Below, in pieces: positions 13,400 to 25,590 of a DNA stretch of 64,000 bases; positions within the stretch are counted from its first letter, which is position 1, and every line of letters starts with the position of its first letter. This DNA comes from Chiloscyllium plagiosum (lineage: Eukaryota), in the NCBI RefSeq assembly GCF_004010195.1, contig NC_057718.1, forward strand, positions 88,864,229 through 88,928,228, read 5' to 3'. The notes below the pieces were generated by a model. It had not been told where the DNA came from, ran no database searches, and saw nothing but the letters and a program-made list of their open reading frames with translations. The translations under genes and the position numbers were made by a program.

Positions 13400-13600
13400 G
13401 TCGATAAACTGTGGAGCTGGAGAAAGCACAACAGATCAAGCAGCATCAGAACAGCAGGAGAGTCTGACAGTCCTGATGAGGGGTCCTGCCTGAAATATCA
13501 ATTCTCCTGGTGTTCTGATGCTGCTTGACCTGCTGTGCTTTCTCCAGCTCCACAGTTTATTGATGCTGCCTTTCCAGCATCTACAGTCCTAATGATCTCC
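13400..13600. mobile_element. Fold-back (inverted) PLE-terminus insertion
   Basis: ATAAACTGTGGAGCTGGAGAAAGCACAACAGATCAAGCAGCATCAGAACA is mirrored by TGTTCTGATGCTGCTTGACCTGCTGTGCTTTCTCCAGCTCCACAGTTTAT; a degenerate CTGATGA...GAAA lies at the centre. Confidence 0.75.
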
Positions 13601-13618
13601 AGGGTTGGAGGGAATAAA

Positions 13619-13853
13619 GATGGAAATGTGTTGCTGGAAAAGCGCAGCAGGTCAGGCAGCATCTAGGGAACAGGAGAATCGACGTTTCGGGCATTAGCCC
13701 TTCTTCAGGAATGAAGAAGGTTTTGTTCTCAAGCCCAGGAGAGGCAATTGGGCTTTGGTCTTTCAAGACCAAAGACTTTGGAAGGAATGCTGCACTTTTC
13801 CAGCAACACATTTCCATCTCTGATCTCCAGCATCTGCAGACCTCACTTTCTCC
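13619..13853. mobile_element. Fold-back PLE-terminus insertion with a 14-bp TSD
   Basis: TSD TTGGAGGGAATAAA at 13605-13618 and 13854-13867; inverted arms GAGATGGAAATGTGTTGCTGGAAAAG-like / CTTTTCCAGCAACACATTTCCATCTC. Confidence 0.8.
13677..13712 (-). ncRNA. Minimal type-I hammerhead ribozyme motif, intact core
   Basis: Minus strand ATTC-CTGAAGA-A-GGGC(TAAT)GCCC-GAA-ACGT-C-GATT. Confidence 0.65.
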
Positions 13854-14263
13854 TTGGAGGGAATAAACACTAGGGAAGAAACAGTTCAATAGCACCAGTC
13901 CACACGATTCAATGAGATGTTCTTTTTACTCCCCAAAACTATCCATTCTCTGATCTCCTTCCCCAGATATTTTTGCAGGAGATCAGTACACTAATTATAA
14001 CGTCTCTCAGCTATTGGCTAAAGGCAACAGGTTAGAGCACATGTTGGGAGAATGTAAGGCTTGAGTTATTTTTCTACAGTGACAGAGACAGACCCCATGT
14101 CTTCAGGTGTGGAGACTAGTGCTTCTGTATTGTTCACACATACCAGGTGTTCAGCTGTTCAGGAGCCAAACAGACAGCAGTTGTCAGGCTGACGAGCTCT
14201 GGCATCCACAATAGCTCACAAGTGCAAAACCAATCAGAAAACTGTTGCTGGTTGAATCTTATG

Positions 14264-14264
<1 letters not shown>

Positions 14265-14298
<34 letters not shown>
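14265..14298. repeat. (CA)n microsatellite
   Basis: Direct observation. Confidence 0.95.
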
Positions 14299-14299
<1 letters not shown>

Positions 14300-15149
14300 C
14301 AGTGCCAGCTGATCTCCCCTCTCCTACTGTTTGAACAGAGCAGCAGTGTAAACATACCTTACAATGAGTACCTGTTTTGAAAAGTGCAGCGATTCCTTCC
14401 AAAGTCTTTGGTCTTGAAAACAGTCCTTTTCCCTTTTAGTCCACAATAAAAAATAAAGAAGATACGTTTTTTACAATCCTTTTGAAAAGAGAGATGTGTT
14501 GCTGACTCATTTATTCTTACATCCATTAGGACAAAAACAAGGAAGTCAAATTTCTAACATTCACAATTAATTACAGGAGAAAAGGTATGTTGGTTGGTTG
14601 GCAAGTCAACTCTGAGCAGAATATTAGAGTTTTTTTCAATGATTGAGACTGCTGGATTTGTTTGAACGCTGCATTGCGGTAGATGACTGTTTTATAAATA
14701 AACATAATTTGAAATATTGTGTGATTGCTTAAGGAAGTTTCTACTTTAAAACCATTCATGTGGCTAAAGCAGTATCAGTGACTGGCCTAGAGTTTTATTG
14801 GAGAAGTTCTCATTGACCATTGCCTGTCACCATTATCAAAGCTTCAACAACACTGTTGAAGAAATTACAGTTACTGCATCTAATCTTCTAAGTCACAAGG
14901 TTCCAACCCAATTGCCTCTCCTGGGCTTGAGAACAAAACCAAAACCAAGGCTGATGCTTTATTGCAATACTGAGGATACTGCACTGTTGCAGGAACCATG
15001 GGGAAAAAGTAAGGGCGTGTTCCTAGTGTTGAGGCCAATATTTATCCTTCAATCAACATTACAAAAGATAAGTGATCTTGTCACTGACATCGTTGTTTGT
15101 GATGGTTTGCTGTGTGCAACAGACCACAGACGATCCTCATACTCAACAA

Positions 15150-18100
15150 AGATGTGTGAATGCTGTTGATCTGAAACTACAACAGAAATTGCTGGAGAAT
15201 CTCAGCATCTAGGCGCAGAAGGATGAGTTAACATTTCTGGTGACTCTTCATGGAATTGTTAGCTGCTAAGCAACAGTGGGATTTATGTTGAAGTTGAAGT
15301 GGCGGGTGGGAGGTTGGGGTAGGGAGAGAGGTGAACGGCTAGGTGGAGATGGAGCCCAGAGCAAAAGAGATATGAGAGGGATAGGGTAAGCAATGCGATT
15401 ATGGATAACGTGCCAGGACTGAACAAAAGTTGAATAAGTGGCAACAAGGTGTATGAATGGGAGAAAATGGGAGAATGCAACCCAGAGAATGGGACAATGG
15501 GCCTCAGAGTATGTGAGAAAGCAAATCCTGTCATAAACGGGACAAGGTGTAGGTGAGTGAAGAATGTGGAAGGATAGGATCAAGCTCTACAGTTAATGAA
15601 TGTGAGCTTATGCTGAGGCTCACTGGAACACTGCAGCAGGTCTGAGGCAAAAATGTTGCCTAGGGAACATGAAGGCCAAGCAACTGGAAGCTCAGGGTCA
15701 TTCTTTTTTTAAAAGTAAGTACTTACTGCTCCAGTTCTATTTCTCCAGTGCAGCTCTGTCCCCAAACCAAGTTAGTTGTTCCTGCTAATACGGTACCACT
15801 GCCATTTACACCTCTTCTAGACTCCTTTTCTGTTTCATTACCTCTCTGAGTAGAACCTGTTTTCCTCTTGCACCATCTTTGCTTTTGCAGTCTTTGACCT
15901 CCAGCCTAACAAAGACCTTCCATTTGTACTTCCTCTTTCTCTGTAGTTGTGTAAATCCAGCACAGCAGCTCAGTGTTTAGCACTGCTGCCTCACAGCACC
16001 AGGGACCTGAGTTCGATTCCAGCCTTGGCTGACTGTCTGTGTGGAGATTGCACATTCTCCCCGTGTCTGCGTGGGTTTCCTCTGGGTGCTCCAATTTCTT
16101 CCCAGAATCCAAAGATGTACAGTTGGGTGAACTGGCCAAGCTAAATTGCCCATAGTGTTCAGGGATGTGTAGGTTAGGTGCATTAGTCAGGGATAAACAT
16201 AGGGTATAGGAATGGGTCTGGGTGGGTTAGTCTTCAGATAGTCAGTATGAACATGTTGGGCCAAATAACCTGTTTCCACATTGTAGGGATTCTATGATTA
16301 TTGCATAGCGAATGTAGGTGTTCAGCAAAGCTGTCACTCAGGCTGCGTTTCATCTCCCTCAGTGTAGAGGAGACCACATTGTGAACAACGAATATAATGG
16401 ACCACATTGAGTGAAGTGCATGTAAATTGCTGCTTCACCTGGAAGGGGTGTCCAGAGGCCTGGGATAGCAAGGACGGAGGAGGTAAATTGCAGGTATTAC
16501 ACCTTCCGCGATTGCAGGGAGAGGTGCTGCGGGGTTTGGAGAGGTGTTCAGAATGGGAGCAAGGAACAGTTTGTGTGGAATGCTGACACGGGAGGGGAGG
16601 GGAATATGTGGCTGGTTGTGGGATACTGATGCAGGTGACGGAAATGGTGATTTACAATCCTACAGATGCAGCTCCTAGTGGGAGGGTAAGTGAGGATCAG
16701 GGGACCCTATCATTGTTGTGGGAGGGAAGAGAAGGGGTGATGGTCACAATGTGGAAGATGGACATGACACGGCTAGGGGACCTGTGAATACAGTGGCAGG
16801 GAATTCTTGTCTAAAGAAAAAAAATGTGGACTTTTTCAAGCCCCCCCCCTCACAGAAGGTGGCATTGTCACAATGGAGAAACTGGGAGAATGGAATGGAG
16901 TCTTTACAGGAGGCAGGGTGTGAGGATGTACCATCTAGGTAACTGTGGGAGTCACTAGGTTAGTAGTGGATATTAGTGGCCAGCCTATCCCAGAAATGGG
17001 AAGAGAGATGGCAAGGAATGAAAGGAGGGAGTCAGGGGTGGACCAGGTGTGCATAAAGGAAGGCTGGAAATTGGAAGCAAAATTGGGTAACTTTCCAGTT
17101 CAGAAAGAGGGCGGGGGGGAAAGCAGCATGTCACTGGAGAAAGAGTTGTGAGCGGATGTCAGAGTTGGGCTGGAACAACAAATGTTCCATGTACCCCACA
17201 AAGAGATTGGCCTTACTGGGGCTCATGGTGACACCTTTGACCCGAAGGAAGTGAGAGACGATAAAGGAGAAGTAGTTCAAAGTGGGGACTAGCACTGCCA
17301 GGCAGAACAGGGGATGGTTCCAGGAAGGCATGGAGAGCCTGGAGACCATCCTGATAGAGGATGGACAAGTCAAAGGATTGCATGTCTATATGGAAGAGAA
17401 GGCGGCTGGAGCCCGCAAACCAGAAATTCTGAAACTGACGTAAAGCATCAGAAGAATCATGGATTTAAGTGGGAAGAGACTGGATAACGGGAGAAAGTAT
17501 TGAGTCGAGGTGGGAAGAGATAAGTTCCTCTGGAACAGGATCAGGCAGAAACAATGGGTCTGCCTAGGCAGTCCTGTTAGTGGGTTTGAGCAAGAAGCAG
17601 GCTGTATGGAGTTGGGGATATATGAGCTTGGAGGGTGTCGTGGGGACAACATGAGGTGAGGTTGGTCTCAGCCATGGACAGAGTGGCCTGATGTTCCATG
17701 ATGGTGTCATGGTCCGAGTTTGGTACGCCAGATTACAATAGCGCCAGTGTTATGGGCAGGCTTGATAATAACGTGAGGGCTTGATCTGAGAGCACGGAGT
17801 GCAGTCATTTCAAAAGGAGATAGGTTGGAATGGATAAGTGTGGTGGGGGGGGGGGGAAATGTGTGGAGGTGGCAGAGAAATCAAGGTGACCGATGTCCCA
17901 TTGGTAGTTCTTGAACACATTGAGAGTGAGTGAACAGGCAGAGGGAGGGGTCTAGGTGGAGGGAGAGTGTTGGAGGCAGGTGAAAGGGTCTGAGGGATGG
18001 GGAGAGGATACCCCCCCCCCCCCTCCAAAGAAATGGGCACAAAGACAACAGAGGGAGAGCTTGATGTCATGCTGTGTCTGAGATTTATTGAGGTGGGGGC

Positions 18101-18300
18101 ATAGAAGGATAAGACCAAGACCTTTGCTGACTGCACCAGAGACTATGTTGCAAAACAAGACAGGTAACTGATTGGAAGCTATTTTGAGATGCTCAGTGGT
18201 CATGGGAAGTGCTCCGTAAATGTAAATCTCTGTTTCTAAATGGTGGAAAATCTGGAGAAGCTATGGTGGAGAAACAGCCAAAGAATTGCAGATGTAAAAG
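15150..18300 (-). mobile_element. Long decayed Penelope-like element (RT + GIY-YIG), interrupted by a SINE
   Basis: Minus-strand IRCSQCGLLY (GIY-YIG region, ~16365-16395) and FLRVKGVTM...ANLFVGYMEHLLF (RT, ~17175-17250); PLE-type terminus near 15170-15250. Confidence 0.78.
15958..16280 (+). mobile_element. HE1-type V-SINE
   Basis: Full head, V-domain and tail. Confidence 0.87.
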
Positions 18301-18607
18301 TAGGATTGAGACTGCACTTAGAATTGGAACTGAACTGGATTTTAATTTCTTTGGGTTGGCAATAAACAGCAAAAAGATCCCTACCATTTCTCCACCAGGG
18401 TGTGTCCAGTCGCTTTGTTTCTCATTCTTTATTCTGAATAGACGGAATGGTTATGGGCCAGCCCCAACCTCCTTCCAAATATATGAAGAAAGTAGCCTCA
18501 ATCCTAATTTTTAAAAATTTTAATGGTAAATGAAAAATGTTGCGACCAAATGCAATTCGACGGGTCAAACTACTCAACACTAAACAAAACACACTTTATT
18601 CATACAC

Positions 18608-19364
18608 GGAGAAACTGAGGGCTGCAGATGCTGGAGATCAGAGTTGAAGAGTGTTGCTGGAAAAGCACAGCAGGTCAGGCAGCATCCGAGGAACAGGAGA
18701 ATCGACATTTCAGGCATAAGTCATTCATGAGGAATGAGACGTGTGGACCAAGGGAGCTGAGAGATAAATGAGAGGGGGGTTGGGGGTGGGGGTGAGGTAG
18801 CTGGAAATGTGATAGGTAGATGGAGTTGGGGGTGAAGGTGATCGATCGGAGAGAAGGGTGCAGCAGGAAGGAGCAGACACTTTAACTCCCCCTCCCACTC
18901 TGCCAAGGACATGCAGGTCCTGGGCCTCCTCCATCGCCAAACCCTAACCGCCTGACGCCTGGAGGAAGAATGCCTCATCTTTCGCCTTGGGACCTCCCAA
19001 CCCCACGGCATTAATGTGGATTTCACCAGTTTCCTCATTTCCCCTCCCCCCCCCCCCCCCATCATCCCAGTTCCAACCCTCGGCACTGCCCTCATGACCT
19101 GTTCTACCTGTCCATCTTCCTTACCACCTATCCGCTCCACCCTCCTCTCCAACCTATCACTTTCACCCCCTCCTTCATTGACCTATCGCATTCCCAGCTA
19201 CCTTCCCCCTAACCCCACGCCCCTCCCATTTATCTCTCAGCTGCTTTGGCACCCACCACCCCTCCGTCCAAGATTCCTGATGAAGGGCTTATGCCTGAAA
19301 CGCGACTGTCCAGCTCCCCGGATGCTGCCTGACCAGCTGTGCTTTACCAGCACCACACTCTTTG
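18608..19364. mobile_element. 5'-truncated PLE with inverted terminus and a perfect 17-bp TSD
   Basis: TSD ACACTTTATTCATACAC at 18591-18607 and 19365-19381. A minus-oriented terminus (18608-18865) is joined to a plus-oriented C-terminal coding piece (RLEEECLIFRLGTSQPHGIN) and terminus. Confidence 0.85.
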
Positions 19365-20179
19365 ACACTTTATTCATACACTCTAGTTAAAATGCAACAA
19401 AAGAAATAATAAAGAAAAGAGTTGGCTTTGCTGTAACTCTATTGGAAAACTCAACAGAATAATAGATGAGTAGGCTACTGAACTGTAACTGTTTCAATAT
19501 AGCAACATCCCATTAACACACCCTTAGCTAAAGGCAAATTCAGAATGTAGTTCGGCTCACATGCAATTCTGACAGCAGGAATAGAACCCCCAGCTTTTAG
19601 CTGTAACCAAAAGAGGGAAAAAAATAGCTTCCACTTTTTCAAGACCTCTTCAGCAACTGCTGAAGGCTAAAACTAAAAGTCCTGTTTCTGTGGGAGCTTG
19701 ACCACATCCATTCAGGCTGCTTCTATTGTTTCAAGTTTTTAAAACGCCCCAAGGCCTCACAAATGGTTTACTTTTTTTTAACACAAACTACTTGGCATCT
19801 CTCATTCAATCTCTCTCTTAAAAGAAAGTGGGACAAAGCTCACCACTTAAAGCAACAGGATCATCACCGTATCCTCAGTTCCATGTGGGAGTCATTCATA
19901 CGTCCCTCCCTTTGAGTCCAGGACTCAAGCATCACTCCAGAAACTTCCGCACATAGCCTGGGTTGACCCTTCAGTGCAATACTGAGAGAGTTCTTGAATC
20001 TCAGACTCAGGGGTCACAGTTTAAAAATAAGGGCTAGCTCATTTAAAACAGAGATGAGGAGAACTCATTTCTCTTCGAGGCTCACGAGTGTGGAATTCTC
20101 TTCCTCCAAAGACAGATGTCAATGGTTTCTTGACAGCCTGGTGATGAATGGTAACTGTAGAATTGATATTACTATCAGA

Positions 20180-20388
20180 AACGAAAAGTGTGGCGCTGGA
20201 AAAGCACAGCAGGTCAGGTAGCATCCGAAAAGCAGGAGAGTCTACGTTTCGGGCATAAGTCCTTCATCAGGAAGGGTTTTTGCCTGAAACATTGATTCTC
20301 CTGCTCCTTGGATGCTGCCTGACCTGCTGTGCTTTTCCAGTGCCACACTTGATTCTGATCACCAGCATCTGCAGTCCTCACCTCCCCC
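20180..20388. mobile_element. Fold-back PLE-terminus insertion inside a CR1 tail
   Basis: 16-bp TSD TGATATTACTATCAGA / TGATGTTAGTATCAGA (20164-20179, 20389-20404). Minus-strand hammerhead-like CTGATGA-A-GGAC(TTAT)GCCC-GAA-ACGT-A at ~20240-20272. Confidence 0.78.
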
Positions 20389-21294
20389 TGATGTTAGTAT
20401 CAGATTAGCCATGATCTTATTAAATAATGGGGAAGTTTTGAGGGGCCAAATGGCCAACCCCTGCTCCTAATTCACATGATCTCCTCACATCCTGGCCTCT
20501 GCTCAACCCTCAGCCAACATCAGTAAGGTAGATGAGTTGATTACTATCACATTGCTGTATGTCAGACCTTGCTGAGTACAAATTGAGTGCTGCGTGTCCT
20601 ACACTTTTCAAGTATTTCATGGTAAAGTGATTTGGGAGTTCCCTAAGGCTGTGAAAGGCACTTAATCCGTGTCAGCCTTTCTTTTTTCCCCATCTCCAGT
20701 CCAGTTACCATGGAAACCTTGAACATGGCTGCCTCACAATCTTTCTCGGGTACAGAGGCATTCTTCATCCTATTACTTTTTAGTGAATCAACTGAATTTT
20801 AAAAACTATTTGTGTTTTATTCTTAATATTTCTAATTATTCAGCAATATAAACAATTAATTCAGGGAATGTGCCTTGAAAATCAGGAGGTATCTTTTGTG
20901 GAGCAAATTGTAAATTTGCATCATTCCATCGAACAAACTTCACTTATTTGGGCAATTTGAGATTTCACGATTCACCTGCACTTTGCAGTTGTACTTTGTA
21001 CATCCTTTAAACTCACCACAAGATGTTAGATTCATGTTTAAAGGCTGGTGTCTTATACCACCTGAATCCATCAGCCTCCAAATTTCCAAAGACTTTGGAA
21101 TCAAAAGCAGAATGCTGCAGAGGCTGAAATTCTGAAATAAAATCAGAAAATACTCAGTGGAGCGGGAGACATGGCTCATGTTTCAGATCTATGACCTTGG
21201 CTGGTTTCAGTTCAGGGACAAGATAAGACTTTACTTTTGGGATCAGTTGATTGAAACTGCTAAAAACAGCTTCTAATGCAATCCTTTCTATTCT

Positions 21295-21548
21295 TGATTA
21301 GATTTCCTACAGTGTGGAAGCAGGCTATCCAGCCCAATGTCAACCCTCTGAAGAGTAACCCACCCCCCCTCTGATTAATTCACCTATCATTGGACTGTAG
21401 AGGAAACCAGAGCACCCAGTGGAAAGTCACGCGGACACAGAAAGAGTGTGCAAACTCCACACGGACAGTCGCCCGAGGCTGGAATCGAACCTGGATCCCT
21501 AGTGCTACGAGGTAGTAGTGCTAACCACTGAGCCACCGTGCTACCCCA
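21295..21548 (-). mobile_element. HE1-type V-SINE, internally deleted
   Basis: Reverse-complement head and tail. Confidence 0.8.
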
Positions 21549-22039
21549 GCCACTGTGCTGTCAATCTATGGAGCTCTAAGGAGACAGACCTTCTTGTTCC
21601 CAATTGGAAAATGGGATTGCTCATCTCAGTCATCGTTCTGGCCTTCAGTCTGACTGAGTCTGGGGTATGGTACCTTCCAAAAAAGCAAGATGCCAGTCTG
21701 CTCCCTGCTTTCAGTAGATGCCCCAGGCTGGGTGTTGGCAGAGGATCAATTCCTTAAATGCTGGCTGGGGAAACCCCAGAATCCATGGGGAGTGACATCT
21801 CTGCTCTGTCCAGATAGAGTCTGGAAGGCAGCAAATTCAACCCCTGATGTTAAAGCCAGTATCTGACTGAAAAAGTAGTCAACGTCATAGATTAGAAATC
21901 GATGGCGGAAGATAAGGAGGATTGTTTTTTTAACAGAGAAGTATCTAGGAACGCTGTACCAGAAAAGGAACAATGAAAACTGATTCTATACAAATCTTGG
22001 AAGCAAGTTATGCAGAAACTGGAGAATGAACTGGAGAGA

Positions 22040-22258
22040 GTTGGTCCTGCTGTAATGCGGTAGTTCCATTCTCATACAATCTCATGTTATAAGAAAATCG
22101 AGTAATAGCAGCACCGTTTAACCTAATGGGGCCTGAAATGCGTTATAACCACTACATGCTTTAAAACTTTGCACTTTAGAAACAGTGTCCACAATTCGTC
22201 AATCGCGTTATAGCAAATTCATGTTAACAAAACTCATGGTATAGCAGAACGACCTATA
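22040..22258. mobile_element. Tigger-like MITE related to 13007-13226
   Basis: Ends ATAGCAGAACGACCTATA; internal GCGTTATAGC motifs are shared in reverse orientation. Confidence 0.6.
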
Positions 22259-22377
22259 CAGGCAAAGCTCAGGTGCACAGGTAAAAGCATGACCGCTCGG
22301 TTCAAAAAGGCCAGTATAGGGTAGCAGGCTGAATGGCCTCCTTCTTTGCAGGTTTATATAATTCTGAATGTGAACAT

Positions 22378-23145
22378 CCGGTGCAAGATGGCGGCGGGGC
22401 GGAGCAGGGCTCCTGAGCCAGAGCTCATCTGCTCTGACTGCTTTTCTTTTCCTTTCTCTTTCCATTTTTCTCTTGATTACTTTTCTTGTCCTGAGCTTAG
22501 ATGGCATCGGCAGTGAAGTGAGCCCAGCATATGGACCTCGAGCGGGCCCAGGGCACAGACCTCGAGCGGTCTCGAGCCAGGCCCAGGCCGGGCCCCAGTG
22601 CAGAGGAGACTGAGCCCCTACCTACTGTTCCAGAGTAAGCACAGGACCCGAAATCGGCGGCTGCTACATCGGCAGAGGTGACCTCGGCAAGGTAGGCCCA
22701 GAGGCAAAAGATGGAGCCTGAGGGTCAGCAACTTTGTTGTGGATTGGGTCTGGCGCTGGTGGTGAGACGGTGGCAGAGGGCATCATGACAACATCGATGA
22801 GGTGGACCCAGCAACAAGAGACGTGACTCTGACATTGGTTGGTCCAGCGCAGGCAGTGGTGAGGCTTTGGCGGAGGAGTCTCGGCCCAGCAGCAAAGATG
22901 GCGCCAAGGAATTGCAACTGCAATGTTGGGTTGGGGCTGGTGTAGACAGCGGCACAGGCTGACGGTGGTGAGCTGACTTAGGACTGATGGACTCTCTTCA
23001 AATTAGATCATCCTTTTCTTTTTCTTTATTCTAAAATTATCCAAAATGGCGCCATATTGTGGTGACAAATTGGAAGCTTTTCACTGCATTTTCTTATATT
23101 CTTATCGTGAAATACCCACGACAATAAAAATCAAAATCAAAATCC
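22378..23145 (+). mobile_element. GC-rich non-coding retroposon-like element with a YY1-type head and (AAAATC)n tail
   Basis: Begins CAAGATGGCGGC, has a CpG-rich body, and ends TTTTCACTG...GACAATAAAAATCAAAATCAAAATC. Confidence 0.5.
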
Positions 23146-23639
23146 AACCGGAACAACAATTTATCATCTGTTACATTTTTCCCCCTTATTTATTTCCTCA
23201 CTCCTGAGACCAAGTTCTCTGCTTGGAGGGGTGAACGATTGTGCTACTGTGCTAGGTCTATCACGTGAAAACTAAAGATTAAATAATGATATGAGGCATC
23301 AACATTAAAACTCAATGTTTAAAAGGCAAAGTGAGTGATCATGGCTTCCCCAACCCATGGGTGGTCAGGATGTGGTGACCAGACATTCCCCAACCACCCC
23401 AAAGGAGGTAAACGATCAGAAATGCTAACTTTGGGAAGAGTTTGATCGTTGACGGAGTTTCTTTCACTGTCACCTGAGGAGTCACTGAGGCCTACCACAC
23501 ACCCCCAACGCCCCCCTTCCCCCATCCCACTGATTCCAGCTGCCCCACCGCCCATTAACACAAAAGTGTCTGGGGATGTGTAAGAGGACAGTCTTTCAGA
23601 AGCACCGTGCGGTTCCTACAACAACAGCAGCAACTAGAC

Positions 23640-23800
23640 TTTGAAAGTGATTCGCTGGCTGTGGAGCATTTTGAGGCAATGACAACATCAAACTGAATTT
23701 GAGAGGCGCGCCTCCCGCTGCAGTGAAACGTCCTCACGGCGGGCCGCAAGCGTGCATGTGAGTTGCGCTTAAACGAGCCAGAGCGAGACGTGGGAAAGCT
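23640..23800 (+). promoter_or_regulatory. Small CpG-rich patch with a consensus splice donor (possible distal non-coding first exon)
   Basis: Dense CpGs (GGCGCGCCTCCCGC...CACGGCGGGCCGCAAGCGTG) ending in CAT|GTGAGT at 23758-23763. Confidence 0.25.
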
Positions 23801-24394
23801 CAGGGAGAAAATTCCAGAGCTGAGGGCGTTCCCTGGAGCACTGAGAATGAAGGGCGGACGAGAGGCTGGACTTGGAGGAGTACCGAGCTTGCCGAGGGTT
23901 GTAAAATGTTAAAGGGGAGAGGGAGCGATGGAAGGGTTTGTAAGCAAGGAGTAGATTACTAAAATTGGAGCAGCACCTCTAATTTAAAGACACGCACCAA
24001 CTCTGAGTTGCTCGGCTAATTAATGGGAGATGAGACTCCAAGTCAGATAATATAAGATCATGCAAACTGATCCACAAAGAGTGCAGGAGAATTTCCAGTT
24101 TTAATGAAATAAGAAGAGGACGGGCAAATATTAATCAAAGATTCAAAGCATCATTCCAAGTGATGATGATGGTATGAAACATTGGAGAGACCACCCACGG
24201 AGTATGTTCTCAGTGAACTCAGTGAAAGGCAGTCCGACATTGGAAAATGTTCAAGATGAAAGAGTAAAGATGTTTCCAGGTTGTAGATCACTGAGTTACT
24301 GCAGGGACAAATGCCTGGTTCTCACCAACAGAAAATCTGGAAAAGCGCATGACCCAAATTTGAAAAGATGAAATTCGCAAAAGAATAGAAAGCA

Positions 24395-25030
24395 CAAATG
24401 TAAAGAGATAATTGTACGTTAGAAGAAGGTTTCCAGTTCCTCTGGGCATCCCAAAGTATTTCACAGCCAATTTTGAAAGTTTTCGTCTCTTCTCAGTCAA
24501 ACACAACCATGTTTAATACAGTAAGATCCCATAAACAGCAAATCAGATAAGTAGCCAATTAATTAATTTGTAGCAGTGTTGATTGAGTCATGACGTTTGG
24601 CCATGACACTTCCCTGGAAACAGTTCAAGAATGATATGCATTTATATAGCACCTTTCATCACCACATGATGTTCCAACGTGCATTGCAATGAATTAACTG
24701 CTTTTGAAGTATAATTACGGCTATATTGGAGAAAATGCAGCCACCGACTTGCTTTCAGCAAAGCTCCCATTGACAGTAACGTGATAATGTCTGGATTTTG
24801 TGTTTTGATTTGTATGTGATGTTAATTGAGGGTAAATATCGGCCATGACACCAGGAAAATCTCCTCTGTATGTCTTGACAATAACATCCACTTGAGGTAG
24901 CGTACCTTAAAGTCAACACCTCTGACCATGCAACACTTCCTCAGAACTGCACTGGAGTGCCAGCCTTAATTTTTGTGATCAAATGCTGGGGTGGAACATC
25001 AGTCTTGTACCTCAAAGGTGAGTTTGTTGC
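24395..25030 (-). mobile_element. Two Deu-domain SINE fragments
   Basis: TGCATTTATATAGCACCTTT (reverse tail) and GAGGGTAAATATCGGCCATGACACCAGG (reverse Deu core). Confidence 0.6.
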
Positions 25031-25410
25031 AACAACTACATCAACTTGCAATCATCAAGCAAGAATGAAACATCCAAGGTCCTTCATTTTAAAATAATCT
25101 GACACAAAGCTACATAAGGAGATATTATTCTGACAAAGACTTACTCGACCTAAAACATTAACTCTGATTTCTCTCCATAGGTGCTGCCAGCAACTTCTAT
25201 TTTTGTTTTGGATTTACAGCATCCGCAGTTCTTTCATTTTTTTAAGGTAATATTAGGACAGGTGACCAACATTTGATTCTGAAGGTAGGTTTTGAGGAGT
25301 GTGTAAAAGGTAGATAGCTATAGAACTTTAAGGGGGGTATTCCAGAGGCTGGGATATCTGAAGACAAGGTGATGGAACTAAACCTGCAACCGTACAAGAG
25401 ACTAACTAAT

Positions 25411-25590
25411 AAAAGTTAGAAATCACACAACATCAAGTTTAATTGGAAGCACTAGCTTTCGGAGCACTGCTTCTCCACAACCACCTGATAAAGGAGCAGC
25501 GCTTCCAAATACACCTGTTGGACTATAACCTGACGTTGTGTGATTTTTTAACTTTGTCCACCCCAGTCCAACACCGGCATCTCCAAATCC
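25411..25590. mobile_element. Fold-back PLE terminus (family B)
   Basis: AAAGTTAGAAATCACACAAC mirrored by GTTGTGTGATTTTTAACTTT; flanked by CTAACTAAT on both sides. Confidence 0.65.
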
